From assembly GCA_020536535.1 (NCBI GenBank), contig JAHLWZ010000497.1, forward strand, positions 1 to 48,273: a DNA stretch of 48,273 nt, written 5' to 3'. Source of the DNA: Pelomyxa schiedti. Lineage: Eukaryota; Protista; Evosea. The position numbers were made by a program, and so were the translations under genes. The notes under the pieces were generated by a model. The model had not been told where the DNA came from and did not search any database. It saw nothing but the letters and a program-made list of their open reading frames with translations. Positions 26,086 through 38,100 of this stretch are shown piece after piece. Position 1 is the first letter of the stretch; every line of letters starts with the position of its first letter.

Positions 26086-27049
26086 TCAGTGTTTGTCTTT
26101 TGGTTCATTACTGTGGCCAAAGCAGCAGCACACACAGAATGGCTGGTCAACGTAGTAGTCATCAGCCATTTTGGCAGCTGGTTGTGGAGGCTTGAGTGTG
26201 GGAATGTCTGGGAGGTCATATTTGAGGTACGGATGTGCTGCAAGTGGTGACGGCGCTAAAAATTGTGCCCATTAGTTTGGAGAAGATGTAGAACCGAACA
26301 TTATTACTAAAAAAAAAAACCCTCTAAATTGAGATTAATCTATTAACTCTAATTATTATTTAAATGTAGTATCAGCTATTGCAATATTCCCGGGAATCCA
26401 TACTCATATTCTCGGACCTCTCTTTTGCTTTTTTTGAAGCAGCAATGCGAGAATCCAGAGTAATTTCGGTGGTTTGTTTTGGGTGGTATACTTCCTCTTC
26501 CGGCAGAACCAAGTGCTTCTTTACCTTGATGACACCTCCGCACATTCCAACATACTCGGAGCCCGATGATTCACCACTGGCAGCACCGGTACTTGTTGTG
26601 GTGGTTGTTGTTGCCAGCGCCGATGTGATGGATGGTGTGTCCTTCGAACGGCTGCTCTTAGATTTCGACTTGGATTTTTCACCGGTAGTCGATGATGAAG
26701 TGGCAGAGTCGGCAGTGTCAGGCTTTGACAGCGATTCCATCACCGCCGGGGCCTCGTCGGTATCGGAATCATTGTGTTTGGATGTGTGGTGGTGCTTCTT
26801 CTTGTGTCTACTTCCGTGCTAGGTAGTATTGTAGGTTGTAGTTAAAGGCAAATAGGGTAGTATAAGTGCAAACACAAATAAGTAGTATGTAAATAAAACT
26901 AAAAAAAAATCAAAAAAAAAAGGAGACGTCGGCGGTTTGTGGGAAAGAAAAAAAAAAAACTGCCGAGAAAGCAAAGGACTCACATCGGAACTATGGGATG
27001 TTTTGGGAGTTAGTAGTTCGACTTCAGCCGCGTCCTTCTCGTCCGCCAT
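26086..27049 (-). CDS. Small hydrophilic hypothetical protein with a C-terminal Cys cluster, 3 exons
   Basis: MADEKDAAEVELLTPKTSHSSD|HGSRHKKKHHH...ENM|TPSPLAAHPYLKYDLPDIPTLKPPQPAAKMADDYYVDQPFCVCCCFGHSNEPKDKH*; introns with gtgagt and gtatgg donors keep the frame. Confidence 0.65.
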
Positions 27050-27242
27050 TTCAACCTCTTGAAATCGTTTGTTTTTTCTGTTTTCTTCTTGTCGTTGTTC
27101 AAAGAACCACCCGACGCGGAAATCGGTTTATCGTCAAAGGCCTAGATCAAACTCGGGTTCTATTCTATGGTTCTATTGCTTGTTACTCACCGATGATTTT
27201 TGTGTTTTGTTTTGGGTTTTGGTGGGTGTGTCTGGGTTTTTT

Positions 27243-30200
27243 TTAGTTGTTATTATTTGGTGATGGTAGTGAGTTCCAGTCTGTGATTGTGATGTGTAGG
27301 TGCTCCCGGCCTATCCTGTGCCTCAGTTGGCGAAGTGGCTTGCATTTCTTGCATAGCTGGTCCAGGTTTGGGACCCCGCCGTTTTGGGAATAGGATATGT
27401 CTGGTGTGACCCACACAGTGAGTTCTGTGAGGCCGGAAAGGCTGGCCAGGTCTTCCATGCAGTCCATGGTTATGTACCGGCTGCCGGTAACTTCCAGCTC
27501 AGTGAGACTGGTCAGTTTGGTGCAAATTAACTAGGATTTAGGTGAGTATTTGTGTGTTGCGGAAACGGGAACCTACCTTGACGTCTGCGTTGGTGGCATC
27601 CTCGCAGTCTCTTATCTTGAAGCTGCGGAGTGATTCCGGGTGCGAAATGCATGCCACCGCCATTTCGCAGGTTATTCCACCATCCAGAACGGCAAATTCG
27701 GTCACGTGTGATCGTACTTTGAATGATGTAGTCGCTCCGGTGAGGTTTATGTGGTGCAGGCGGTCACAGTATCTCATAAGTAGCAAAACTTCTCCATCAA
27801 CGCCTACATCTGTAACTTGCTTCGATATGTATTCACTGACAACCCACTCGTGCACAGAGACTGTAGAAGATCCTGGGGTTGGTGCGGCAGTTGTGGCGGT
27901 ATCAGAGGTTGCTGAAGAAAGTTGGGGGAATAGAGTGGTTGGAAGTTTTATGCCGACTCTATTGGCGACGCTTTTCCACAGTTCATCCAGCTGGTTGGGT
28001 GCAAGAGTGAGTGTTTGTCCACTATACATTGCTAGAACAAGTTGAACGGGATTCAGGCGGGAGAAGCAGCGGTATAGAAACTGATGTAATTCTACAATAT
28101 GTTCATTCAAGGAGAGTCGGAGTTGGGTTGTAAAGTACTCTTCAGCTTTTTTCCTAAGTTGGGATTAGATGTAGGAAAGAGAAAGCGATTTTTAAACCTC
28201 CACGAAAACATTGCTTTGAGGAGATTGTCAAGTTCATGAATCCTTGAATCAAACATCAGCGGCCTCAAGGCGTTATCCAATTCACTTGCCAGCCAATCAG
28301 CTGCCATATCAAGTTGTGTGTCTGGTTGCGGTGGTGGTTTCGAACTGGCGCTAACAGTGGATAGTTGTGCCGCGGGATTAGTGAGAGTTTGATGTAGGCC
28401 TCTGTAGGTAAGTTTGGTATGAGTGTTGCATAGGCTCCTAGCAAAGTCATTCTGAATGTCCTGAGGCAGGACACCGCCATGAATGACTACCTCCCAAACA
28501 GTGGGTATGTACCAATAATCACACTTTGCGGCAGTTTCACTGGGAACATGAAGAGCATCAATGAACAGAGACAGCGTCTTCACTTGGGTGAGCACTGTTT
28601 TCAGCAACAAAGGGTTTACAGCTCCGGTAAAGTCGAGAACGTGAACGTAAGTTCTCCCAAGTAACCATCCAAGCTTCTCTGTGATAGTGAGGCTCTCCCA
28701 CGTTTGATGTTGGGTGTTCCCGAAGACAGTATTGTGCAAATAGTACTCCAGGCAATGTTGTTTCCATGACTTGTTGTTATCTTTAGTTGCTAGTACGGTG
28801 GTTTTAGGGAAAGAGGGTGAGGTGGTTTTTCGGGGGGATGATGAGCCAGAGGACTCCCTCCCACCTTCCGCCGCATGCACCTTACCTATCTGCTCTTCAT
28901 AGGTATTGAAAACCTTCATCCAAACTTCATCAACTTCTTCGCTGGAGAGTGTCAAACCTAGCCATTCCATTCTCTCCACTACAAGAGCGGCAAGAGGGGT
29001 CAAGCAATATAGTACGGACTTGAATGCTCTCCTGTAAGTCCGATCCCAGAAATGCTCAGGCACAAGTAGTTTTTCTAGGCTCGCCCGGACTTCATTTGGT
29101 ACGAAATGAGTTATTTGCAAAGTCAAGTACTGACTCATAGCAATATTCCTGATCAAGCCTTCCACTGGATCAACGGAAGGGTCATCTCCTTCCGATTCTG
29201 TACCAGGAACCCACTCGGAAATTTTTGTGTTGAAGGAGGCAATGAATTGGTCAGCAGTCTTCTTACTGTGTGACCATATCTTTTTATTCAATTGGGCTGT
29301 AAATAGTTCCGCTCGAAGGTAAACACCACATCTGTTAACCATTGCTCGCATTGGCTCCTTTATGAGAAGGTTTCCACTAATGTCTAGCAGCTTGAGTGGG
29401 ATTTGCATTAGTTGTTGTTCCTGTGACTTGAGATGCAAAATTTGCATCATGGATGCATCTGTCAGCCTTGGGCAATTGCGTATAAACACTTGTTCCAGTA
29501 TTGGACAGTGAGCACAGATTACAGCAACATCATCATCGCATATATTACAGTCGTCAAGATTGAGGTACTTGCATGTCGGAGTAAGGAATCGCAGCTCATT
29601 CCATGTAACATGTGTATTCTAGGAGTTCTATCAGACAAAGAGTTAAAACTTCGCTCACACCTGTAAATTTACAGCAACAACTGGGCACTGCTCACGTAGC
29701 AATAACTTCAAAATGTGCCCTATGTCATGAACCTGTGCTGGTTCGAAATCACTCAAGTCAATGCTTTCTACAAAATTGCGCCCGTTCTTCCAAAGTTGCA
29801 ACTCCCATTTGGATAGGTACGAGAGTAAAACCGGGGGTGACAGAGTTTGGTTGTTATGTGTATGCTTTCTGCTATCTGTGCCGGTACCTGCTGTGGGAAT
29901 TGCTTTGGTGTGCGGTGATGGTGAGGAGGGGTGTTCCTGACAGATTTTCCTCAGGGTGTAAGAAAATACGCAGTCAAATAAATACTGTCTTCCAGGCACT
30001 CCCTTCGGTCGTTCTTGCTTTATCTTGGTGTAATTGTATGATCTCCAGTGGTTGATAATGTTCAAGGCACTCTCTTTGTAAAAGATATTGTACTAGATTC
30101 ATATGAGATGTGATCAACGAAAGCAAGTTTACTTACATGAGGGCTCATAGTGTTACATAAGCTGTTCCATAGAAGCGAATATTGACTAGTGCTAAGTAGG

Positions 30201-33200
30201 GCTAACAACCCCAGTTTGTCACAAACAACCACAGGGAGAAGATCAGAGCACAGCAGCGAACACAAAAGCACCTGGCCTAGAATCAAGGGATTTCGATCGG
30301 GCCGTACGTGGTAGGGTGCAAATGTATCCACCAACTCGCCAATGACATATAGCTGCCACATTCCCAAAACTGCTTCATCGGTTATATCGGCTGTGAGTCC
30401 GGAGGAATCTACTCCCTTAATGGCAACCTGGGGGGAGCCAAAGAAATCTGCAAGGGACTTATGTGCTGCACACAGTCTGCTGCATAGTGCAGTAACATCG
30501 GCGATGCTTAGAAGTGCTCCTATGTGATCCTGGGTGCTGATGTTGGGAACAGAATGTCCGGGGATGTGTTGTATTGTTCCTGGAATTGTACACAACCGCT
30601 GCAGCACAGCCACCACCTCGTTGAAGTGTAGTTGCTCACCGCTAGAATTACAGGTCAGAAGTAGACGAGCCAGTTCTTCGGTTAATTCATTGTCTTTTTG
30701 CTTGAGGAACTGCAGTTCCTTGCTATCTCGGGAATTTGTGAATATGGCTGAGAGTGTTGGGGCGGTTGAGGACCTGGATAGCAGGGATGGTGAGGGTACT
30801 GAAGAGGGAATTCCAGACGCTGTGGAAGTCAGAACAGGAGTGAGTGCTCTGGGAGAAAACTTTTCTTTGTTTGGTGATTTGGATGGCTTCTGGTGTTTAT
30901 GCTCCGGTTGAGCGCCAAACGATACCCCAAACCCAGCCGAGAAAGCTTCCATGGCTTGCTGCAGAATCGAAGAGCCGCAAATACTCCATAATTTGACGCA
31001 CTCATCTTCTGCACGGGTCAACTTTTTAGTTGTACGAAGTCCAACAAGGTCAGAGAAGAACTGCTTGAAGTAATGTTGCATTGTTACAACACTATATGGT
31101 GGCATTCCTAAGAAAAAATGTCACGCCATGGGAGCTAGAGGAACTTCTTACCGGGCATCTTTACGGGCAGATGAACCAAGGCCTGCTCAAGTGCTTCTAC
31201 TGTCGGAATAGCGTGGTGTACTTCATTGCCACTGGAACCCTTGACCAGAGGGGCAACTACTGCTGTTATAGCTGAGGAAACAGAAGAGGCAGTGGTCTGT
31301 GACGAGCTACTTTTCTCCTCACTTTTGGCAGTTTTTGGAAGGGTGGAATGCTGAATAAATGCATAATGTGCTATCCATATTCTCTCAGTTGGAATATGAT
31401 GAAACAGACCCTGTCTCTCTCTAACTGCTGATTAGAGAAATGGAAGAACATGGAAGAAGGTACTTTTCACTTTCTACTTGCACAAGGGCCCACATGGCTG
31501 GAGTACTCATAATGAATGAACTTCGCCTTAAAAACAGTTTAGTTGCACTGGTTGCCAATTCCTCGTCGGCTCGTAATGAGTTCATGAATGACTTTGCTTT
31601 ACTGACAAAGTGATTTTCCACTGCATTGGCGAATGTCAAACCCTCACATCCAGGTCGACATTGTCGCAGTTTTTGTCCTGATATAACCTCAGACACTTCT
31701 TTGCTAAAGCCGGAGGCAATATTCTTGGCAGATTCACTCACACTGTCAGATAGTTGTTTGCTCAGTGGATCATACTCTAATGTAACCCCACGTTGATATA
31801 GGCCTAGCATGAGTGCTGGGGACACATGTAAAGTGCCACTGAGATGGAAGAATTTTAGCTGCTTCAGAGTTGATACATTAAGTAATCCGGCACTGGTGAG
31901 ATGAGAGGCATCGGACAGAAGGAGAATTTCAAGGTCGGGACACGATTGAATAATTTTCCCTAAGTCTTGATCTGATACCTAATGCAAATTTAGGGTTATT
32001 TATTGCCACAGGTCAACTTACAGGAAGTTCGCTTAAGTCAATTGCCTTGACCAGGGGGCCCAGAGCATCCAAAAATCCCTGGGTTATTGGCAGATCATTG
32101 ACATGGGCCACCATCGCACGGAATACGCCGTTCATATATCGCGTTAATTGCCACTTGGGTTGAGAAATTTCTTGTGGACGAGGGTGTGACAGTCGGCACC
32201 ATGCACGTCCCCAGGAGCTTGTATGGAGCACCCATTCGTCAAGCGTCACAGTATCAGTAGAATCAAACAGATGCCCAAGATACCGCAGGATAACAAAAGA
32301 TACTATTCCAAGGCTGTTCATTTCACCTCCGTCAGATACCAATAATAAAAACACTCAATTCTCACCTGTCAGAAAGCATGTAAAAGAAATCCTTCGAAAT
32401 TTTTGCAACGGCAGAGGTGTAATTTACTGCTTTTTCTGATATGGCTACGAGGCAGTTCTGAAGGAGAGCTTCTGTAGCCGTCCTCTCGTTAGTGAATAGT
32501 TTGTCATCCAGGGTTTCATGTGATGTCAGGACCATTTTGACCTTATTATATTTAATAGAACCTAGCCAATTTGGTAATATACTCACAATTTTGTCCAGAA
32601 GTAGGGCATGGGTATCAACTACTCTGATTAATGTCTCTGTGAACTTTGCTGTGATTTGAAAGTGGAAGACGAGCACAGTGATAGCTGAAAGTTTCTCTGG
32701 GGAGAATCTGTTGTATGGGAAGAAAAAAAAAAGCACAGGGTCCTACTTACTTCGCATCTGATACAAGAACAACTTTTTTAAGAGTGAGCATTCTGTGTAT
32801 TGCTTCAAGGGCTTTGTCGGTCAATTCAGACCCGTTGGAGATATGAAGTACTTGCAAGTGAGGACATATCTGAAACAAATTAAGACTAGGAACAACCATA
32901 AATAGGATTGCCTTTGCAATAGCTGTGATGTGAATGTCTCTTGTCGGTTGACGACAAAGAACAAGTGTATGTGTGGAATAGTGCAAAAGCCTCAATAATG
33001 GCTCATCCCAGGAACTCAAAGAGATGCGTTCTACTACAATGTGTAGTTTTGTCAATTGATGGAACGCTGCCCGAGCTGATCTGATACTTTCAAGGGAAAG
33101 ATCCAGGGCCTGCGATGGGTGAAAACTCGTCTCTTCTTTTAGTTCAAAATAACCTTGAAGTGCTTCGAGCAGCTCTGAAAAACAGCTTCCTCCCTATCTG

Positions 33201-34374
33201 AGAGGGTTACACCTCCCGATGTTTTCAATAGGAGCTATTAGTAATTAGGTAATGGTAAAAGGCAGATGGTAGAACTTTTGAAGCCAGTCGACTTCTTTGG
33301 ATTTCCAGCTCATTTAGACCGTCACACAAAAGAGGTGACAAGTATACATCGGCAAAATGACTGATAGAAGACCCCTTGTGAAAGAATAGTCAGTCAGTTT
33401 AATTATTTTTTTTATGTTAGTTTCTATTCACCTCAGTTGCCCAGTTCATCTTGAATGATGCCTAGATTACAAAGATAAATACAACACAAGGGCTTGGCAT
33501 AGGAAAAAACAGAAAACAAACAAACAAACAAAAAAAAAAAAAACCCAGTGGGGTAGGAAGAACTGGAAACCTCATCCTCAGTGGGATTAAAAGAAGCCGA
33601 AGCGCGAGACTGAGGGTAAGGGTGGTACAACGACGGGCTCTCCACCCGCGCCACGCTCACTCCCAATGTGGCACCACTCCCCCCCGCCTGCACTGCGTTG
33701 CTCCCGCCAACACCACCACCACCAACACCAACAGAGGAAGAAGCGACCGCACTTGTAATAGTGATCGTCCCCCCACCTGACCCTGAGCCCGCCACCGCCC
33801 CCACGACCCCAGACGAAGCCCCCTCCCCGTCCCCGTCCCCGTCCCCGTCCCCATCCACGTGCTTGTGTTTGTGATTATGGGCACGATGCTGGCGGCGGGG
33901 GAGGCGGTCGTCTCTCTTGGGCGTGGTGGGTGATGCTGCTCTTGCTCGGCGCGGCGACGCCGACCGCGACGGCGACCTCGAGGAGGACCGAGACCCCTTG
34001 CCTCCTCCTCCTCCTCCTCCTCCTCCTCCTCGGCTGCTGCTGGGCGAGCGCGAGCGGGACCGAGGCCGCGGGGGGGGCGACGCGGAACGGGAGAGGGAGG
34101 GAGACCGAGAGCGGGAGCGGGAGCGGGAGCGGGAGCTGGAGCTTGAGGAGGGGGAGGAGGGGGCGCGCGCTCGCCGGCGGTCCCCCCCGTGCTTGCCGCT
34201 GCCGCGTGCTGTTGTACCGTTGCTGGTAGATTTTGGGGGCGAATCGGCGGGCTGTGATGGCGCAGAACGGGAGGACGAGGGGGAGGTTGATGGGGACTGG
34301 CGTGATACCGCCTTGGGTCGTCTCCTTTTGGGCGACGACGACGATGAGGACGACGGGGAAGATGAACGCGGCAT
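27243..34374 (-). CDS. Very large multi-exon protein (~2,100 aa, estimated): N-terminal RS/Ser-rich region plus several clusters of cysteine-containing (FBXL/AMN1-type) leucine-rich repeats
   Basis: LRRs such as CPHLQVLHISNGSELTDKAL, CPDLEILLLSDASHLTSAGL, CPILEQVFIRNCPRLTDASM and CTKLTSLTELEVTGSRYITMDCM. The 5' exons were traced in frame from the RS exon (ATG 34374) into the first LRR block. Some internal junctions were not fully resolved. Confidence 0.7.
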
Positions 34375-34636
34375 TTGTGCGTGGATGGTAGCGGTTTGTT
34401 TGTTTGGTGGTTGTTGTGTACTGTTTATTTGTTTTAGGGATGGTTGTGGTTTGTGGACTTGTGGATCCTTCGCCTGCGCACTTCTAGAGACAACAGCAAG
34501 GAAAATAAAATAACACAAAAACAGAAAAATCGAAACGTTCGTTTTTTCCGCGCTTTCCTGTTCGAAGAATGATCTTGTGGAAGGTTCCATCTCGAAGCTT
34601 CCATCTTGCAGATTACAGATTTTCGCAAGGCTCTCA

Positions 34637-35903
34637 TCAGGGCTTGTTGGGCTTTTTGGGTTGGGGCCGAATGTATGTTATTGTTATTTTGGGAGGTGTG
34701 GATGGCATAGCCCCTTGTGTGGTTGTTGCATTTGTTGTTGTTGTAGTTGCCATTGCTGTTGGTTCCGGTAGCGGCGTGATTGCTGTAGGGGGTTGTGGTG
34801 GTTGCGGTTCAGTGTGTTGTTGTGTTTGTGGGTGTTCTTGGGGTGAATCGCGGTTTTGTGGAATAGGTTTGGGTTGTGATTGCGATTGTGATTGTGATGG
34901 AGCTTCTTTGGGTTCCGGCCGTGGGTGTGATTCCACTTCCGGTTGCGAGGTTGTTTTTGGCGGATTTGAGTGCGTTGGTTGTGCCTGTTGTTGGTTCGTT
35001 GGTGTTGGGGCTTGCGGTTGCTGTTGGATTTCTAATTGCGGTTTTACTGGTTGTTCATGCAATTCGGGTGCGTTGTTTTGTGATTCAACTTGCTTTGTCT
35101 TGTTCTTTCGTTTCTTCTTCCCTTTAGCGCTTTGTTGTGATGGATGCGGTTCGCTATCTTGGGTTGATGTTTGAGCTTGAGCTTCAACCTGTGTAGGGGG
35201 TTGGGGCTGAACTTCTGAGGTATTTTCCTGTGGATGTGCAGAGGAGTCTTTTTCCCCCAGAGGTTTTTTCGGCTTCTTCACATTGCTTGGATTTGTTTCC
35301 TTGACTGTCTTTGTTTTGTTGGGACTTTTGTCCATTTTTGGCTTGGGCTTCTTCGTTTTCTTCTTCGGTTCCTCTATGATAAAAACAGCAGATGATGCTG
35401 AAGGTTTGTGTGGAGTTGTTGATGTCGCGGAAGAAGCCGGGGATGCGGCTGGGTGCTTTTTCTTTGTTTGCGGAGTTGTGTGGTCCCAGCCAACCAGTCC
35501 CATCTCACTGACTTCCCTCTGGTACCTCTTGGCTTGAAATGGGTGACAGAGTGTCAGTAAAACATACAAGCGAAAAGCAAAACGAAACTCTCACACACCA
35601 CTCGATTCCCAGGGCCTCACTTCGTCCTGAGGCACATACCCAGCTCGCACCTTGATAGGTTTTCGCCACGTGCCTGCGCCCCCCCAGTCAGTTTTTTTTG
35701 GGGAACACAAACATTATCCGCAAAAATAGAAAAGAAAAGAAAAAGGGGGGGGGCGTTGTTGGTGTGCGCGCACCATCAGGTCTCATTGACGCGGGGATGA
35801 CGGTGCCACCATCGGTGACGTTAACGGCAACATCCCCTGTTGGCGGCGCCGGGGGCGCAGCCGCCGTAGCAGATCTGCTTGCCTTCGCGCTTCTCCCCTT
35901 CAT
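34637..35903 (-). CDS. PYM1: PYM/WIBG (partner of Y14 and Mago) homolog with a long Gln/Pro/Thr-rich C-terminal region
   Basis: Spliced N-terminus IPASMRPDG|TWRKPIKVRAGYVPQDEV matches the Mago-binding motif (RPDGTWRK..RV..GY.PQ.EV); the motif is split by an intron and is invisible in the ORF track. Confidence 0.8.
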
Positions 35904-35961
35904 CAATTTTCAAAGAACCGAGTTTTTCTTTCTTCCGGTGTTACTCAACTCAGATCACAGA
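35904..35961. promoter_or_regulatory. Putative minimal bidirectional promoter between PYM1 and the RING gene
   Basis: Only 58 nt separate the two divergent inferred ATGs (35903 minus, 35962 plus). Confidence 0.45.
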
Positions 35962-37754
35962 ATGCACCATAGAACGGCGTGTGCACCTGGTGTAAGTTGT
36001 TGTTGGGTGTGCTTGATCGAACTGACCACGCCTGACCAAATCTACACTTTGACGGTAACCGCTCACACAGTTACAAAAGTGTAGTTTTTTTTTTTTTTGG
36101 TTGTTGATGTTTGTGGAGTGTGGGCATCGGCTATGCCGTAGGTGTATAGTTGGAATGTGTTGCAAGAAATACTTGAACTCCCTGAACGAAGAGGAGCGGA
36201 ATCGACTGGAGAGGCTGAAGCAGAGGGCCAGAGAGAACGGCAGGCACAAGGTGCACAGCCCAGAGGAGGCTAGAATGGAGGACCAGACGCGGGAGGAGGT
36301 GGAAGAAGCGACGGAGGATATCTGCATTGTGTGTGACGTGTGCATGCTAAGCACATACGTGAACATCAGAGAGATTATTCGGGACGGCTGTTACAACCAC
36401 TACCTTGATCCATGTGATTGGAATCAAGTTCTCCTTCAGGAGTGTGATGAACTTCAGATGAGGAAACGTGCCAATGCTGGAGAATATAAGTGTAAGCAGG
36501 AAATCGAAGCAGAGACTCAATTGTTGGCTCATAAAATTGAAAGCCTGCACAGTGCCCTTGACTACCCAACGGACATTGAAGAGACGCTTGCGTTGCTATC
36601 AAAGGTACAAGCATATTCTCGATGTACTTTAACGATTGTTAACACCCAGAGACAAAGAACACTTGAAGAAAACATTACAAAGATGTTCAACGATCTCCAG
36701 AAACAGAAGAATTCTTTGCTTGGCACTGTGCAGAGGACCTTTGAGAAGAGGAAACGAAGTCTCAAGTTACAACAAATATGTGCACATAACGTTGCGATTT
36801 GGGAATCAGTAACGGAACCACAGCCTAAGTTTTCTTTCGAAGAGAAGTGTGTATCTTTACTCTATATCAGATGGAGTTTAACTTAACCTTTTTAAGGTTT
36901 GGTTTGGGGAGGAATTACCTGGCTTTCAATCTTGGCTTTTTCTTTCCATGTGGACCCCTGAGAGAAATAAAAAAGTCTATTACTGCACTACACTTGCAAT
37001 GTATTGAACAATCATTTTGAAATGAGGGTAACATGAACTTAGGGGTAGGAGAAGAAGATCAAGCTCCTGGAGCTTGTTGTTGAAGAAAACTACAATGAGG
37101 CAATTAAACAAACCTTGTCAATGGTTGCCGCAGAAACTCTCCAAACTGAACACATTCAACCTGTCTGTGAAAACCCCCCGAGCAACCTTGTTGTAGCCCA
37201 TTGGTCTCCATGTGAAGCACTTGGCTTTGTTCTTCTACACCTCCTCTGCGAACTTGACCCAGAATCGTTCTATAAGTTCCCCCCCTGCCGTGATTACCTT
37301 CCCCAGGTCTGCCAGAAGACTGTCCAGCTGCCCAGTATCCTCTTGGCACTATTTTCATCACATCCTCTCTGTTGCTATATCTATGAAAGATCCACCCATA
37401 CAAGAGCCACCTATATTCTCAAGCCGACCAAACTTGTTGCATGGTGTTGCAGAACTTGGGGCTGTATGTGGAGCATTCCTCTCTTGGCACTCAGATTCTT
37501 TCAACAACGAGACGACGCCATTTCACCGAGTCCACAAGGAAATCGGGAAATACGAAATGCCATCTGGCCCATCAGTGTGGCAGTTACCACGTATCTTAGC
37601 AGAGCTGCGCAGTACCTCGTGCCAGAAGAAACGTCACTTTGGGGAGACTACTTTTAGTGACAAACGTTTGCCCAAGGAGAGGTTGAAGGCGGCGGCGTTA
37701 AGTCAGATGATGCTCGTGGCCGAAAGCATTAGGATATCAAGGAGACGAACCTGA
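35962..37754 (+). CDS. RING-finger protein followed by a coiled coil and an uncharacterised C-terminal region (TRIM-like layout), multi-exon
   Basis: CWVC...K|CGHRLCRRC...(charged insert)...CIVCDVC gives a C3HC4-like spacing; the heptad-rich segment KQEIEAETQLLAHKIESLHSAL follows. Downstream exons are joined by GT-AG introns and the 3' end is less certain. Confidence 0.65.
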
Positions 37755-38100
37755 AACACCTCGGCGAGAAAGTACCCACCGAGGTTCCATGTTGCCTGTC
37801 TGTGCAAAGAGTTGGGCTACACTGCCGCAGCAGCAAGGATAGGTAGTGCTCAAGTGGTGCCAAGAACACAAAACACCACTGGAGGGTACCAAGCCGCCCA
37901 CCACTGAATGATGGATGAGCGCAGTTACCGTAACTTGATTAATTTAGAAAAGCTAACGGGGGGGAATTTCGCCCAACTGCGCAGTTGTTTTTCTTTATTT
38001 ACCCTGACGTCTCGAAACAACGAAGAAAAAATTAGATCTTGATTTTTGAAAAAGCCTAGGGTGAGAGTACCACCGAGCTCATCGTCACATCCCCGCCACG

